A stretch of DNA of 64,000 bases from Candidatus Berkelbacteria bacterium (GCA_016432625.1 CP066697.1:215363-279362), one strand, 5' to 3'. Positions 38,764 to 48,117 are shown, counted from the first letter of the stretch. Notes: a model not told the origin generated them from the letters alone. Translations and numbers: made by a program.

Positions 38764-39150
38764 ATGAACCAATCAAAGAAGCAAATCTTAATTATTGAGG
38801 ACGACAGTCTGCTGCGCGGCGTTCTTCGTGACGAGCTTGAACGAGACGGCTTCGGTGTTTCCGAGGCCAAGGACGGCAAAGTTGGCTTAGAAATGGTCTC
38901 AGAGACGTGTTACGACCTCATTTTGCTTGACATTGTCATGCCTAACCGCGATGGCCTATCTGTTTTGCGTCAAATGCGCAAATTCGATAAATGCGCCAAG
39001 GTACCGGTTATTTTACTTTCAAATCTCAACGACCCAGAAAAAGTCGCCGAAGCGATGATGGATGATTATGTTCACGACTACCTAGTCAAATCCGACTGGT
39101 CGCTCGCAGACGTATCGAAGAAAGTTAAAAACCTCCTAGGGGTTCTTTAA
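38764..39150 (+). CDS. Single-domain response regulator
   Basis: ILIIEDD, DLILLDIVMP..DG, YLVK; start at MNQSKK. Confidence 0.9.
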   Translation: MNQSKKQILIIEDDSLLRGVLRDELERDGFGVSEAKDGKVGLEMVSETCYDLILLDIVMPNRDGLSVLRQMRKFDKCAKVPVILLSNLNDPEKVAEAMMDDYVHDYLVKSDWSLADVSKKVKNLLGVL

Positions 39151-39881
39151 CGAAATAGATCTTCCCGGGTCCGGGAGCAGAAAAGCTGACCGGCGCTTGA
39201 GCGGTAGAACCGACCTTTTGAATCGAGTTGTCTGTATGAATTAAGCTCTTCGCTAGTATTGCTGAGCCAAGCGTAGTTTTCGTTGAAAACAGTCGTTGGA
39301 CAACGTCCCGCCAAATAAAAACCATCGCTTATTAGCGATTTGATAATAAATAACGCCGAGATAGCAATTATCGTCAAAGCGCCAGCAGTAAGCGTTATCT
39401 TTGCCCGACCGAAGACGAGGATAATTATCCCTCCAGCAAAAAACGCGTAGTCGGCCACTGTGCGCCACGGGGAGATTTGCAGTTCAGCTAGTGCCTCTTG
39501 GGCTGTAAATACTCCGAATAAGAAGAGTAAGGGGAAAATTGACGGCGCAACCATCCACAAAAAGAAGATAAGACCGGGAATTTGCCAATTAGTCTCGCCC
39601 GGTTGGGAAAAACTTAGCGTCAGTATCCCGATAAATAAACTCGTCAAAATTCCGCCCGCTATCGCCAAGAATTCAACGTTAGTCGAAAACGGTGGAGTTA
39701 CCGAGTGTAGCCATAGGTAAAAGATTACCGTAAAGAAAAAGCCGCCAAATATTAGCCAAAAAAATAACCACGTTGAGAGTGCGGCACGAAAACTGTTCCG
39801 TGGCCTAATCTTCGCTAGTCGCCGTACTAGGCGCCGCTCAAGCGCGTAGAGGATTTCGTATTCTCGAGTTATGGTTAGCAT
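39147..39881 (-). CDS. Hypothetical membrane protein
   Basis: About 5 TM helices. Confidence 0.65.
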   Translation of the reverse strand: MLTITREYEILYALERRLVRRLAKIRPRNSFRAALSTWLFFWLIFGGFFFTVIFYLWLHSVTPPFSTNVEFLAIAGGILTSLFIGILTLSFSQPGETNWQIPGLIFFLWMVAPSIFPLLFLFGVFTAQEALAELQISPWRTVADYAFFAGGIIILVFGRAKITLTAGALTIIAISALFIIKSLISDGFYLAGRCPTTVFNENYAWLSNTSEELNSYRQLDSKGRFYRSSAGQLFCSRTREDLFR

Positions 39882-39962
39882 GACAAGAGGTTACCACGAT
39901 TTTGTCAGATTCGGACTAGGCGTATTATTCTGAGGAAGAAGGACTACTCGTAAGCTTCGCTT

Positions 39963-40016
39963 GCTCCCGGGCTTGGAACCCGAGCTCGCAAGCTCGCTCA
40001 ATCCAAGCCCTCTAGC
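39963..40016 (-). repeat. Hairpin containing a 15-nt copy of the tRNA-Gln 3' end
   Basis: gctcccgggcttgga at 39963-39977 and 40035-40049; inverted arm tccaagccc 40002-40010. Confidence 0.8.
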
Positions 40017-40035
40017 TCGTCGCTGACGCTTCTCG

Positions 40036-40106
40036 CTCCCGGGCTTGGATTCGAACCAAGATAGTCGCCTCCAAAGGGCGGTGTCCTACCATTAGACGAC
40101 CCGGGA
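40036..40106 (-). tRNA. tRNA-Gln(TTG)
   Basis: TCCCGGGTCGTCTAATGGTAGGAC...CTTTGGA...GTTCGAATCCAAGCCCGGGAG. Confidence 0.95.
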
Positions 40107-40181
40107 TTACCGCTATATTTTACCTTAAAACATCTTGATTTGCAGGTAGCGAGCAGGCGGCCATAAGGCCGCCTGGGTCGG

Positions 40182-40493
40182 TTAAACTGTTTCCTTATCT
40201 TCGATCCACTCTGTTTCGACTTTAAGCGGCCAGAAATGACCCTCATTGTTAATAACAAAAGCGATCTCGAAGCTGCGGTAACAGACAGTAGCGAAGCGTT
40301 TTTTGACCGGTCGACGCTCTGAAAGGTCAACGCGACCGATAACGAGGCGGCTCGTGCCGTTTGGCACGAAGACTTCGATGATACCGCTACCGCAGTTCTT
40401 GATCGAGGTGGCATGGTCGGGAAACACCAACCGAGCTGCCTCTTTCAATAGCCACTCGTTCGACGCGGTATAGGGACGTTTAAGGTGCTTCAT
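40182..40493 (-). CDS. Hypothetical protein (103 aa)
   Basis: AGGAG RBS 6 nt before ATG; hairpin aggcggcc-ataa-ggccgcct after the stop. Confidence 0.65.
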   Translation of the reverse strand: MKHLKRPYTASNEWLLKEAARLVFPDHATSIKNCGSGIIEVFVPNGTSRLVIGRVDLSERRPVKKRFATVCYRSFEIAFVINNEGHFWPLKVETEWIEDKETV

Positions 40494-40541
40494 GACACAC
40501 TCCTAACGGCGCCAATATACTCTTAAGCTCGGCAGTAACGC

Positions 40542-40569
40542 AAAAGCGCCTCCTTGCGGAAGCGCTTTT
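40542..40569 (-). terminator. Intrinsic terminator of rnpB
   Basis: Minus strand AAAAGCGCTTCC-GCAA-GGAGGCGCTTTT immediately after the RNase P 3' end. Confidence 0.75.
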
Positions 40570-40571
40570 AG

Positions 40572-41260
40572 CGGAAACCTAATAAGCCGGGTTCTGTAAC
40601 TACCTTGCGGCAGCTCGCGAACATTAATCTAATGCGTTGAGACCAACTATTCTGTCTCGAGACCGAGACGGAGCTCGTTGTTCCTTTTGGGAACGATGAA
40701 CTTAATGAATAGCGGCCCGCTCAACTTGCACCACGCTGGGTTTAGCCACTCGCCTTATTACTAAGGACGATTGTGAGCTCTTACCTCACTCTTTTCACCT
40801 TTGCCTTTTCCGATTCAGTTAGGAAGGGGCGAACAAGTCGCCCAGATTAAGGGGACGGGTCGAATGAACTAGGTCTAGTTACAGGTCACGCTGACGATTG
40901 TTGCCTTGACTACACCAGCCTCGGCGTACATTCCTTGGCAACTGTTTTCGGCCCATCGTCTTGCTTTGCGATCGGCTTCTTGGCGGTTTTCGGCATCGAT
41001 CGACTTTTCCAAAGTTTTGATATAAGAACCATTCTCATTGATTGGTTCGAACACACCTGCCTTGGCTTTGCACGTGACTCGAATTTTAGCGGTTGCATTA
41101 AAGTACATGAATATCACCTCCTAACTGAACCGGACATTGGCTGTTTTGTTTCTGTGCCACTTTCCCTTGCCTTACGACAGCCAGCCGTTAGCTGGAGCGC
41201 GTCTCTATGGTGCCCGGACTTTCCTCACATTTTAAAATGCGCGATCGCGTTGATTTCACG
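40572..41260 (-). ncRNA. rnpB: RNase P RNA (type A-like), about 690 nt, with an insertion of about 290 nt in P12
   Basis: GAGGAAAGUCCGGGC, P8 CCAGC-UAACG-GCUGG, ACAGAAA, GGUGAAA, P13 GUGAG-GUAAGAG-CUCAC, P14, UAAACCC, GCAAG, AGAUUAAUG, ACAGAACCCGGCUUA in the correct order. Confidence 0.95.
40875..41108 (-). CDS. 77-aa hypothetical protein nested in the rnpB P12 loop, same strand
   Basis: AGGAGGTGA at 41114-41122, 5 nt before ATG 41108; ORF fills most of the insertion. Confidence 0.7.
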   Translation of the reverse strand: MYFNATAKIRVTCKAKAGVFEPINENGSYIKTLEKSIDAENRQEADRKARRWAENSCQGMYAEAGVVKATIVSVTCN

Positions 41261-41263
41261 GAA

Positions 41264-41292
41264 ATTATAGCCCAAATTATCGTGAAAGTCCA
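41264..41292 (-). promoter_or_regulatory. rnpB promoter TGGACT-N17-TATAAT
   Basis: Consensus -10 at 41264-41269 just upstream of P1; 17-nt spacer. Confidence 0.75.
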
Positions 41293-41326
41293 CCGCTAGA
41301 GTGGCGATTTTCTCTTATTGTAAAGC

Positions 41327-41938
41327 TTAGAGAAACGATTGCCGGTGCAGCGTGCACGGTCCGATTTCACTGATTTTCTGGCGATGAAAAGCGGTGCCGT
41401 AGCCGGCGTTCTGGTGCCAGACGTATTCGGGGAAAAAGCGGTCGTAAACTTTCATCAGCTGATCGCGATAGACTTTTGCCACTATAGAAGCGGCCGCAAC
41501 GGGGTAGAACAAGGAATCACCGTGGGTGGCTCTAATGTATCGGCATTTGGTCGGCGGGTCGTAATGGTCCGTTAAGACCAGGTCGGCTTCAAATTCACTA
41601 AGAGCTCTTTGGTAGGCTAGTCGTAGGGCCTGGCTCAACCCGAGGCTATCAATTTCTAAGTGGCTAGCGTAGCCGAAACGGATTCTCACAACGGATCTAT
41701 GTATAATCTGAGCAACCTCTGCCCTGAAACGACGTTCCAGAAGTTTGGAATCGTTAACACCGGGAATCTCGGTTGCTATTTCAACTGCGGCAACAATCAC
41801 CGGCCCGGCTAATGCCCCGCGGCCAACCTCATCGACGCCGACGATTTCTTGATAACCTAAATCTTGAAGCTGTTTTAAAAGATGAAAATCAGGTGTGGAC
41901 GGGCTGAGCGGTCTTGGTCTTAGCTTTTTTGGGAGCAT
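41327..41938 (-). CDS. rnhB: Ribonuclease HII
   Basis: GVDEVGRGALAGPV, NDSK, AAASIVAKVYRD, GYGT. Confidence 0.95.
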   Translation of the reverse strand: MLPKKLRPRPLSPSTPDFHLLKQLQDLGYQEIVGVDEVGRGALAGPVIVAAVEIATEIPGVNDSKLLERRFRAEVAQIIHRSVVRIRFGYASHLEIDSLGLSQALRLAYQRALSEFEADLVLTDHYDPPTKCRYIRATHGDSLFYPVAAASIVAKVYRDQLMKVYDRFFPEYVWHQNAGYGTAFHRQKISEIGPCTLHRQSFL

Positions 41939-44759
41939 CTGCCTTTGACGATACCAGGAATTTGCCGGTTATCGACTGCGGGTTCTTGATAATTTCATCC
42001 GGCGTCCCAGTAGCCACGATGTTACCACCCTTTGTACCGCCATCCGGGCCAAGGTCAACAATCCAATCGGCACAGCGAATTACGTCGGTGTTATGTTCGA
42101 TGATGATCACCGTATTACCTCTATCGACGAGCTGATAGAGCACTGTTAGCAATTTCTGAATGTCCTCAAAATGTAGGCCGGTTGTAGGTTCATCCAAAAT
42201 ATAAAGCGTTTTGCCGGTCTCGCGTTTTGCGAGCTCAGTAGCGAGTTTAATGCGTTGTGCTTCACCGCCAGATAACGTCGTGGCTGGCTGTCCGAGTCGC
42301 ATATACTCTAGGCCGACTGACTGTAGGACGGAGAGTTTTTCCGTAACCTCAATTTCGCCATCGAAAAAGTTCAACGCTTCTTCAACCGACATTTCTAGGA
42401 CGTCGCTAATATCTTTGCCCTTGTACTTTATCTCAAGTGTCTCGGCGTTGTAGCGACGGCTGCGGCATTCAGGGCACTGGACGTAAACATCAGGCAGGAA
42501 ATTCATCTCAATTTTAATTTGGCCATCACCGCGACAGTGCTCGCAGCGACCACCGCGTAAATTGAAACTGAAACGAGATGGGTCGTAGCCGCGATTCATC
42601 GCTTCACTAGTGTTAGCAAAAAGTTCCCGAATTGGGCCTAGGGCACCGGTGTAAGTGGCGGGGTTACTGCGAGGTGTGCGGCCGATTGGTGACTGGTCGA
42701 TGTTGATAATGTTGTCTATCTCCTCCGTACCCTCGATACGTTCGTGCGGTGCTGGGTCGTCGCCTGATCCATGGAACTGATTTTCTAGAGCCCGGGCCAG
42801 AGTATCTTCTACGAGCGTTGATTTACCGCTGCCAGAGACGCCGGTGACGCAAATCAGGCGGTTGAGCGGGAACGAAGCAGTGACGTTTTTGAGGTTATTG
42901 CCTGTGGCGCCAACGACAGTTAGATAGCTCTCGGCATGTTCGTGACGGTGCTCGGGTAGTGAGATGGATTTTTTGCCTGACAAATAGGCACCCGTAACTG
43001 AATTTGGGTCGTTAAGGATCTCTTTCAAAGTTCCTTGGGAAATAATTTTTCCACCGTGCTCTCCTGCACCTGGTCCCATGTCGATAATCTCATCGGCACG
43101 CAGCATCGTTTCTTTATCGTGCTCGACGACAATTACCGTGTTACCGCGTTCTTTTAGCTCCTCGATAGTTTGCAGCAACTTGTCGTGATCGCGGGGGTGC
43201 AAACCAATTGACGGCTCATCAAGAATATAGATAACGCCAGTTAGCCCTGCCCCAAGTTGGGTGGCTAGGCGAACCCGCTGCGCTTCGCCGCCAGCTAACG
43301 TTGAAGTCGTTCGGTCGAGCGTGACATAGCTAAGGCCAACCTCAAGTAGATAGCTCAAGCGGGAGCGGATTTCTTTCAAAATAGGTACGGCGATAACCTG
43401 CTGTGAGGCGTGAACCGAAGCAGATAGTTCGGCGAAGAAATTATTCGCGTCCTCAATCGACATGGATGTGGCGTCAATAATGTTCTTATCTTTAATTCGG
43501 ACGCTGAGAACCTCTACTCTAAGTCGCTGGCCGTTACATGACTGACAGGTTTTCTCGACCATATATTTTTCAATCTCGTTTTTAAGATAATCGGAATCCG
43601 TTTCGCGGTAACGCCGTTCCAAGTTTGGAAGAATGCCTTCGAAAGCTTCCTCGTCGGAGTCGTTAGTGGTCTTTTCACCGTGGAGCAGGATATCTAAAGT
43701 TGCCTCTGGCAACTCTCCGACAGGGGTGTCGAGGCTGAAGCGGTATTTAGCACTTAAGTCGTTTAAGACCTTTTGATACCAATTGGCGTGGCTTGTCGTC
43801 CGACTCCAAGGGCGAACAGCACCTTCAGCGAGAGTTAGTCTAGGGTTAGGGATAACTAGGTCGCGATCAGCGACCATTTGCACGCCTAAGCCCTGGCAAA
43901 TCTGGCAAGCACCCTCGGGGTTATTAAACGAGAAGAGCCTCGGTTCAATATCAGGAAATTGCCAGCCACATTTGGTGCAGGCGAACTTCTGTGAGTAAAA
44001 TTCTTCTTTGTCGCCGTGGGAGGCGATTAATAGTCCGTTCCCTAACTTCAAGGCTCGGTCGACAAGTTTAAGTAGGTCTATTTGCGCCAATTGCTCTGAT
44101 TGGTCGTTACTAACGGGAAAATCGATAGAGCCAACTAGGAATTCGATGGTGTGTCGCTTGTTTTTATCAACCTCTAGACCGATTGCCTCGTTGATATCCA
44201 TTTCGACGCCATCAACACGTACACGTAAAATGCCCGACTTCTTGCCCTGCTTTAAGTGAAATTTGTGTTCTCCCTTACGAGCCTGGACGATCAGGGCATA
44301 CAAAGTAACTTTTAGAGTTTCTTCCAAACGGAAATGCTTTAGGATTGCTCGAGCGATTGATTCTGGTGACTGTTGGGTGATTGGGATATCGCACTTCGGG
44401 CAAAATGGCGTACCCACACGTGAAAATAGTAGACGCAAGAAGTCATAAATCTCGGTCGCTGTAGCAACCGTTGAACGTGGGTTACGGGCGGCAGTCTTTT
44501 GGTCAATAGCAATTGCCGGCGCTAAACCCTCGATGTAATCAAAGTCTGGTTTCTCAATTTCGCTTAAGAATTGACGGACAAATGAGCTCAGCGATTCGAT
44601 ATAGCGCCGTTGTCCTTCGGCGAAAATAGTATCAAAAGCAAGCGAAGATTTACCGGAGCCAGAGAGACCGGTCACTACCGTGATCTTGTTTTTGGGAATC
44701 TCTACCGTCAGATTCTTCAGGTTATGGGTTCTGGCGCCGACGACGCGAATGCTTTCCAT
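41889..44759 (-). CDS. uvrA: Excinuclease ABC subunit A
   Basis: [23 protein letters not shown], two ABC modules and Zn fingers; start MESIRV. Confidence 0.97.
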   Translation of the reverse strand: MESIRVVGARTHNLKNLTVEIPKNKITVVTGLSGSGKSSLAFDTIFAEGQRRYIESLSSFVRQFLSEIEKPDFDYIEGLAPAIAIDQKTAARNPRSTVATATEIYDFLRLLFSRVGTPFCPKCDIPITQQSPESIARAILKHFRLEETLKVTLYALIVQARKGEHKFHLKQGKKSGILRVRVDGVEMDINEAIGLEVDKNKRHTIEFLVGSIDFPVSNDQSEQLAQIDLLKLVDRALKLGNGLLIASHGDKEEFYSQKFACTKCGWQFPDIEPRLFSFNNPEGACQICQGLGVQMVADRDLVIPNPRLTLAEGAVRPWSRTTSHANWYQKVLNDLSAKYRFSLDTPVGELPEATLDILLHGEKTTNDSDEEAFEGILPNLERRYRETDSDYLKNEIEKYMVEKTCQSCNGQRLRVEVLSVRIKDKNIIDATSMSIEDANNFFAELSASVHASQQVIAVPILKEIRSRLSYLLEVGLSYVTLDRTTSTLAGGEAQRVRLATQLGAGLTGVIYILDEPSIGLHPRDHDKLLQTIEELKERGNTVIVVEHDKETMLRADEIIDMGPGAGEHGGKIISQGTLKEILNDPNSVTGAYLSGKKSISLPEHRHEHAESYLTVVGATGNNLKNVTASFPLNRLICVTGVSGSGKSTLVEDTLARALENQFHGSGDDPAPHERIEGTEEIDNIINIDQSPIGRTPRSNPATYTGALGPIRELFANTSEAMNRGYDPSRFSFNLRGGRCEHCRGDGQIKIEMNFLPDVYVQCPECRSRRYNAETLEIKYKGKDISDVLEMSVEEALNFFDGEIEVTEKLSVLQSVGLEYMRLGQPATTLSGGEAQRIKLATELAKRETGKTLYILDEPTTGLHFEDIQKLLTVLYQLVDRGNTVIIIEHNTDVIRCADWIVDLGPDGGTKGGNIVATGTPDEIIKNPQSITGKFLVSSKADAPKKAKTKTAQPVHT

Positions 44760-44879
44760 GTATGAACTGCCTGCAAGTCTAGCAAAAAAATATTGACACT
44801 TCAACCCCCTAGGGACTTGCAAATAGCCGTCTTTGGGATACAAAAGAAACAGTAATAAAAGGTAAGCACGAGGAGGCAT

Positions 44880-45344
44880 ATGCTAAAAGGCTCGAACATA
44901 ACAGGTGAAACTGACGGTCCGGGCACAACCGTCGGTGTCAACGTCGCCTTGTCCGGTACATTGCGAGACCAGAATGATATTCATATCTTCGGTCTGATTG
45001 ATGGTGAAGTGATTAGCGAGAAAACCGTCACAGTTGGCAAAACGGCCCAAGTAAAAGGACCTGTCCGTGGACAGATAGTATCAATCGCCGGTACAGTCCG
45101 CGGCTCGATTGATGCGTCAGATAAATTAGAGCTCCTAGATACAGCGAAAGTTTTCGGCAGTATTTCAACGAAGGATTTGGTTATCCATTCGGGTGCCGCC
45201 TTTGTTGGCAAATGCACTATGCCTTCCGAGGGTGCAGAAGAAGAGGCAGAAGAAGCGGCGAGCGAAGAGGCAAGCGAGCCAGAGGCCGAAGAGACTGAAG
45301 AACCAGCAGACGTAGAAGCGGAACTAACTCCGGAAGAGGAGTAA
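44880..45344 (+). CDS. Bactofilin (polymer-forming cytoskeletal protein)
   Basis: Beta-helix G.V.G.I repeats, GAAFVGKC.M, acidic tail. Confidence 0.88.
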   Translation: MLKGSNITGETDGPGTTVGVNVALSGTLRDQNDIHIFGLIDGEVISEKTVTVGKTAQVKGPVRGQIVSIAGTVRGSIDASDKLELLDTAKVFGSISTKDLVIHSGAAFVGKCTMPSEGAEEEAEEAASEEASEPEAEETEEPADVEAELTPEEE

Positions 45345-45378
45345 TGACACCGGGCGTTCTTCGCCCGCGCCTTAAGTA

Positions 45379-46104
45379 ATGTACTACTATATCCTCGAGG
45401 CACCGGCAAATCGTTCAGTGCGTCAAACCTACCAGCGTCTGCGGGATATTTTGACGAACCTTGGTATTGCCGGCGAGATGGTAGCGGCAAGTCCAGCCCG
45501 AACTCCCGAGGAACTTGCCGGAATGGGGATCGAGAAGGGATATTCAACCATTGTGGCAGTTGGAGGCGATCATCATATCAATCAAGTCGCCACGAACGTT
45601 ATGAACCGCGCCGTATTAGGGATTGTGCCGATCAACGCTTCCAACCAAGTTACGGATCTAGTCGGCGTCAACGACATCCGTGCTGCGGCTGAAACGCTTA
45701 AATTTAGACGCCTGACTATGGTCAGCACTGTTTTAATTGAACCTGACCTACCGTTATTTTTAGATGCCGAGATTCTTCCCGAACGCTTAGCGAAAGTCAG
45801 TCTGGTAATTGATAATCGAGTACGTGCGTTCGCTTACTTCAACCGAGCAGTAATTAATCGTTCTTTGGAAATTCATCTAGAGAGCACTCATGTCACCGAA
45901 CCAAAAAAAGTATTAGGTATTTTCTCTGTCGGCGGCAATATCGTAAAGTCTGAGAGCCTGCTTCACGGTCGATCGGTACGATTAGTTACCGATCCTGACC
46001 TGCCGTTACTGGTGGCGGGGCGGCCGGTCGCGACGTCGCCGTTGCAGCTTCGATTGCTCCCCGAATCCTTGAAAGTCATCACCAGGCGTGGTACAGTTTC
46101 CTAG
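45379..46104 (+). CDS. Diacylglycerol kinase-like protein, divergent
   Basis: TIVAVGGD, LGIVP. Confidence 0.7.
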   Translation: MYYYILEAPANRSVRQTYQRLRDILTNLGIAGEMVAASPARTPEELAGMGIEKGYSTIVAVGGDHHINQVATNVMNRAVLGIVPINASNQVTDLVGVNDIRAAAETLKFRRLTMVSTVLIEPDLPLFLDAEILPERLAKVSLVIDNRVRAFAYFNRAVINRSLEIHLESTHVTEPKKVLGIFSVGGNIVKSESLLHGRSVRLVTDPDLPLLVAGRPVATSPLQLRLLPESLKVITRRGTVS

Positions 46105-46188
46105 ATAACTCATGGGTCACAAACAGGCTCAGTTAGGGAATGTACATTAACCGAATTCAGTTCGGCATACTTTGCGTGGGAGACAACA

Positions 46189-46695
46189 ATTAACGACCGC
46201 GAACACCGCATCAATCACGAAATTCGTGTTCCCCAGGTTCATTTAGTTCTAAATGACGGGGAATCGCGCGGTATTGTCTCTACACAAGAAGCTCTGCGTT
46301 TAGCTCGCGAAAGCGGACTCGACTTGGTTGAGATTGCTCCAAAGGCAATGCCGCCGGTTGCCAAGATTCTTGATTACAATAAGTTCCGCTACGAACAAGA
46401 AAAGAAAGCTCGCGCTTCTGCCAAGTCAGCCAAGAACCCCCAGCTAAAAGAGGTTAGGTTGAGTTTTGGCATCGGGGCACATGATATCGAAACTAAAGCC
46501 AAACGGGCCAAGGAATTCTTGGACGAAGGACACTTCATCCGTGTTTTTATCACCTTGCGTGGCCGCGAAAATGTCTTTCCCGGCAAAGCTAAGCAGACCC
46601 TGGAAACTTTCCGAGATGCAACTGAATCAGCGGTTGAACAGCCTATCACCCAAGTTGGTAATAAGATCCAAGTTATACTAAAACCAAAAAAGTAA
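46189..46695 (+). CDS. infC: Translation initiation factor IF-3 with ATT start
   Basis: In-frame ATT after GGGAG gives INDREHRINHEIRVPQV; also DLVEIAP, PPVAKILDYNKFRYE. Confidence 0.93.
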   Translation: MNDREHRINHEIRVPQVHLVLNDGESRGIVSTQEALRLARESGLDLVEIAPKAMPPVAKILDYNKFRYEQEKKARASAKSAKNPQLKEVRLSFGIGAHDIETKAKRAKEFLDEGHFIRVFITLRGRENVFPGKAKQTLETFRDATESAVEQPITQVGNKIQVILKPKK

Positions 46696-46889
46696 TGCCA
46701 AAGATTAAGACAAGAAAAACTATCAAGAAACGTGTCATCGGTGTCACCGCCGACGGCTTGCTGCGTCTGCGCAAACAGTCAAACCAGCATCGAGCTCGCT
46801 TTAAATCTACTCGCAGCATGGCGAACGCCGCTAAGTCGCAAAAAGTAACCAGAACTCTATCTAAGAAAATCCGAAAGGTAACCAAGTAA
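46695..46889 (+). CDS. rpmI: 50S ribosomal protein L35
   Basis: [11 protein letters not shown]; position between infC and rplT. Confidence 0.9.
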   Translation: MPKIKTRKTIKKRVIGVTADGLLRLRKQSNQHRARFKSTRSMANAAKSQKVTRTLSKKIRKVTK

Positions 46890-46890
46890 A

Positions 46891-47253
46891 ATGGCACGAG
46901 TTAAGCGCGGTTTACAGGCTCATAAGCGTCACAAAAAAATCCTCCAAGCGGCGAAGGGCTACAAGCTTGGTCGGAAGAATATTTTCCGTCTCGCTAAACA
47001 AGCTGTCTTGAAAGCCGGGCAGTACAGCTATCGTGATCGTCGCAATAAAAAGCGCGATTTCCGCAAGCTTTGGATTGTTCAGTTAAATGCTGCGGCACGA
47101 GCTCACGAGATGAGCTATAGCCAGTTTATTTACGGGCTCAATAAGGCAGAACTAAATATCAACCGCAAGGTCTTGGCCGAGATGTCAGTAAAAGCTCCGG
47201 ACAAGTTCGCATCAATCGCCGTCAGAGTTAAAGCAGCCCTTGCTAAAGACTAA
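46891..47253 (+). CDS. rplT: 50S ribosomal protein L20
   Basis: [31 protein letters not shown]. Confidence 0.98.
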   Translation: MARVKRGLQAHKRHKKILQAAKGYKLGRKNIFRLAKQAVLKAGQYSYRDRRNKKRDFRKLWIVQLNAAARAHEMSYSQFIYGLNKAELNINRKVLAEMSVKAPDKFASIAVRVKAALAKD

Positions 47254-47254
47254 T

Positions 47255-48016
47255 TTACCGGCGCCTAAGCAGAATATTCTTGAAATTAGAGACAGCTCCT
47301 GAAGAGCTGACTTTTGGACCGTGCAAGAACCAGAAGATGGCGTACACGGCGACGATAAGCGTTAAATATGAAATTGCTTCGAATTGCGCGATTCCCTCGC
47401 CAAAATCAGCCTTGAGTGTTTTGATTAGAAACTCTGAGAGTAAGAAGCCCTCTATGGCCAGGAAGAAAATAACTCCCTCTCGTAATTTAGACTGAGCCCA
47501 AATAACGCTTAGCGCTGTTGCCAGTCCCATCGCGAGTAGGCTGCCGTATAAATCGACTGGATATGTACCGTTTAGTGCCAGGAAGTTGCCCGCTCGTCCA
47601 ACCGTACAGCTAGATAAGTGACAACCGAATTTACCGACGCCCCAACCATAAAGCAGGGATAAAAGCCCGATGTCTAACATGACCCAGTTTGAGAGTTTAT
47701 CTCGACGTAAGAAATAAAGATAAGCTGCGAAACCGGCGAGCAAACCTGTCAGCGAGACCAGTCCGCCCTGCCAAAAATAAAAAACTTGCCAGAAACTTTG
47801 GAACTGATCGTGATAGAGTGCGTAATAACCGATTCTAGCCCCTATTAGACCGGCAAGCAGGCTGTAAAGTACTATATCGAAAAGCTGTTGAGTGGGTAGT
47901 TTCTTATGTCTGGCGGCACGGTAAAGAAATACCCCAGCCACAATTGCCCCAAGGGCAATGAAGGAGCCGAAAGAATACAGCTTAAACTTTCCGATCGAAA
48001 AAAGTACCGGATACAT
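47255..48016 (-). CDS. lgt: Prolipoprotein diacylglyceryl transferase-like protein
   Basis: MYPVLF.IG, GLIGARIGY, FWQGGL; several canonical motifs divergent. Confidence 0.75.
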   Translation of the reverse strand: MYPVLFSIGKFKLYSFGSFIALGAIVAGVFLYRAARHKKLPTQQLFDIVLYSLLAGLIGARIGYYALYHDQFQSFWQVFYFWQGGLVSLTGLLAGFAAYLYFLRRDKLSNWVMLDIGLLSLLYGWGVGKFGCHLSSCTVGRAGNFLALNGTYPVDLYGSLLAMGLATALSVIWAQSKLREGVIFFLAIEGFLLSEFLIKTLKADFGEGIAQFEAISYLTLIVAVYAIFWFLHGPKVSSSGAVSNFKNILLRRR

Positions 48017-48117
48017 CTCGAATCGGCTTCAACTATCGCATTTCTGTCCTGATTGGTCAATCTAACCTGGTGACTTACGTGGGGTTGAAGGGTAAAATGA
48101 AGCAGTCCGTAATTTGG

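Noticed and set aside
39963-40049. attL/attR of an integrated prophage or island at tRNA-Gln
   Set aside because: Only 72 bp between copies and no integrase nearby; kept as a hairpin repeat instead.
40828-41116. Group I/II intron or IS within rnpB
   Set aside because: Too short; no recognisable intron core, LAGLIDADG/GIY-YIG/HNH motif, transposase or target duplication.
40935-41270. 111-aa plus-strand ORF (and 40910-41098 in another minus frame)
   Set aside because: Antisense to the conserved rnpB core, or out of frame with the SD-bearing ORF; no RBS.
44804-44817. accccctagggact in the uvrA/bactofilin intergenic region as a third CsoR site
   Set aside because: Short, asymmetric palindrome with no copper-related context.
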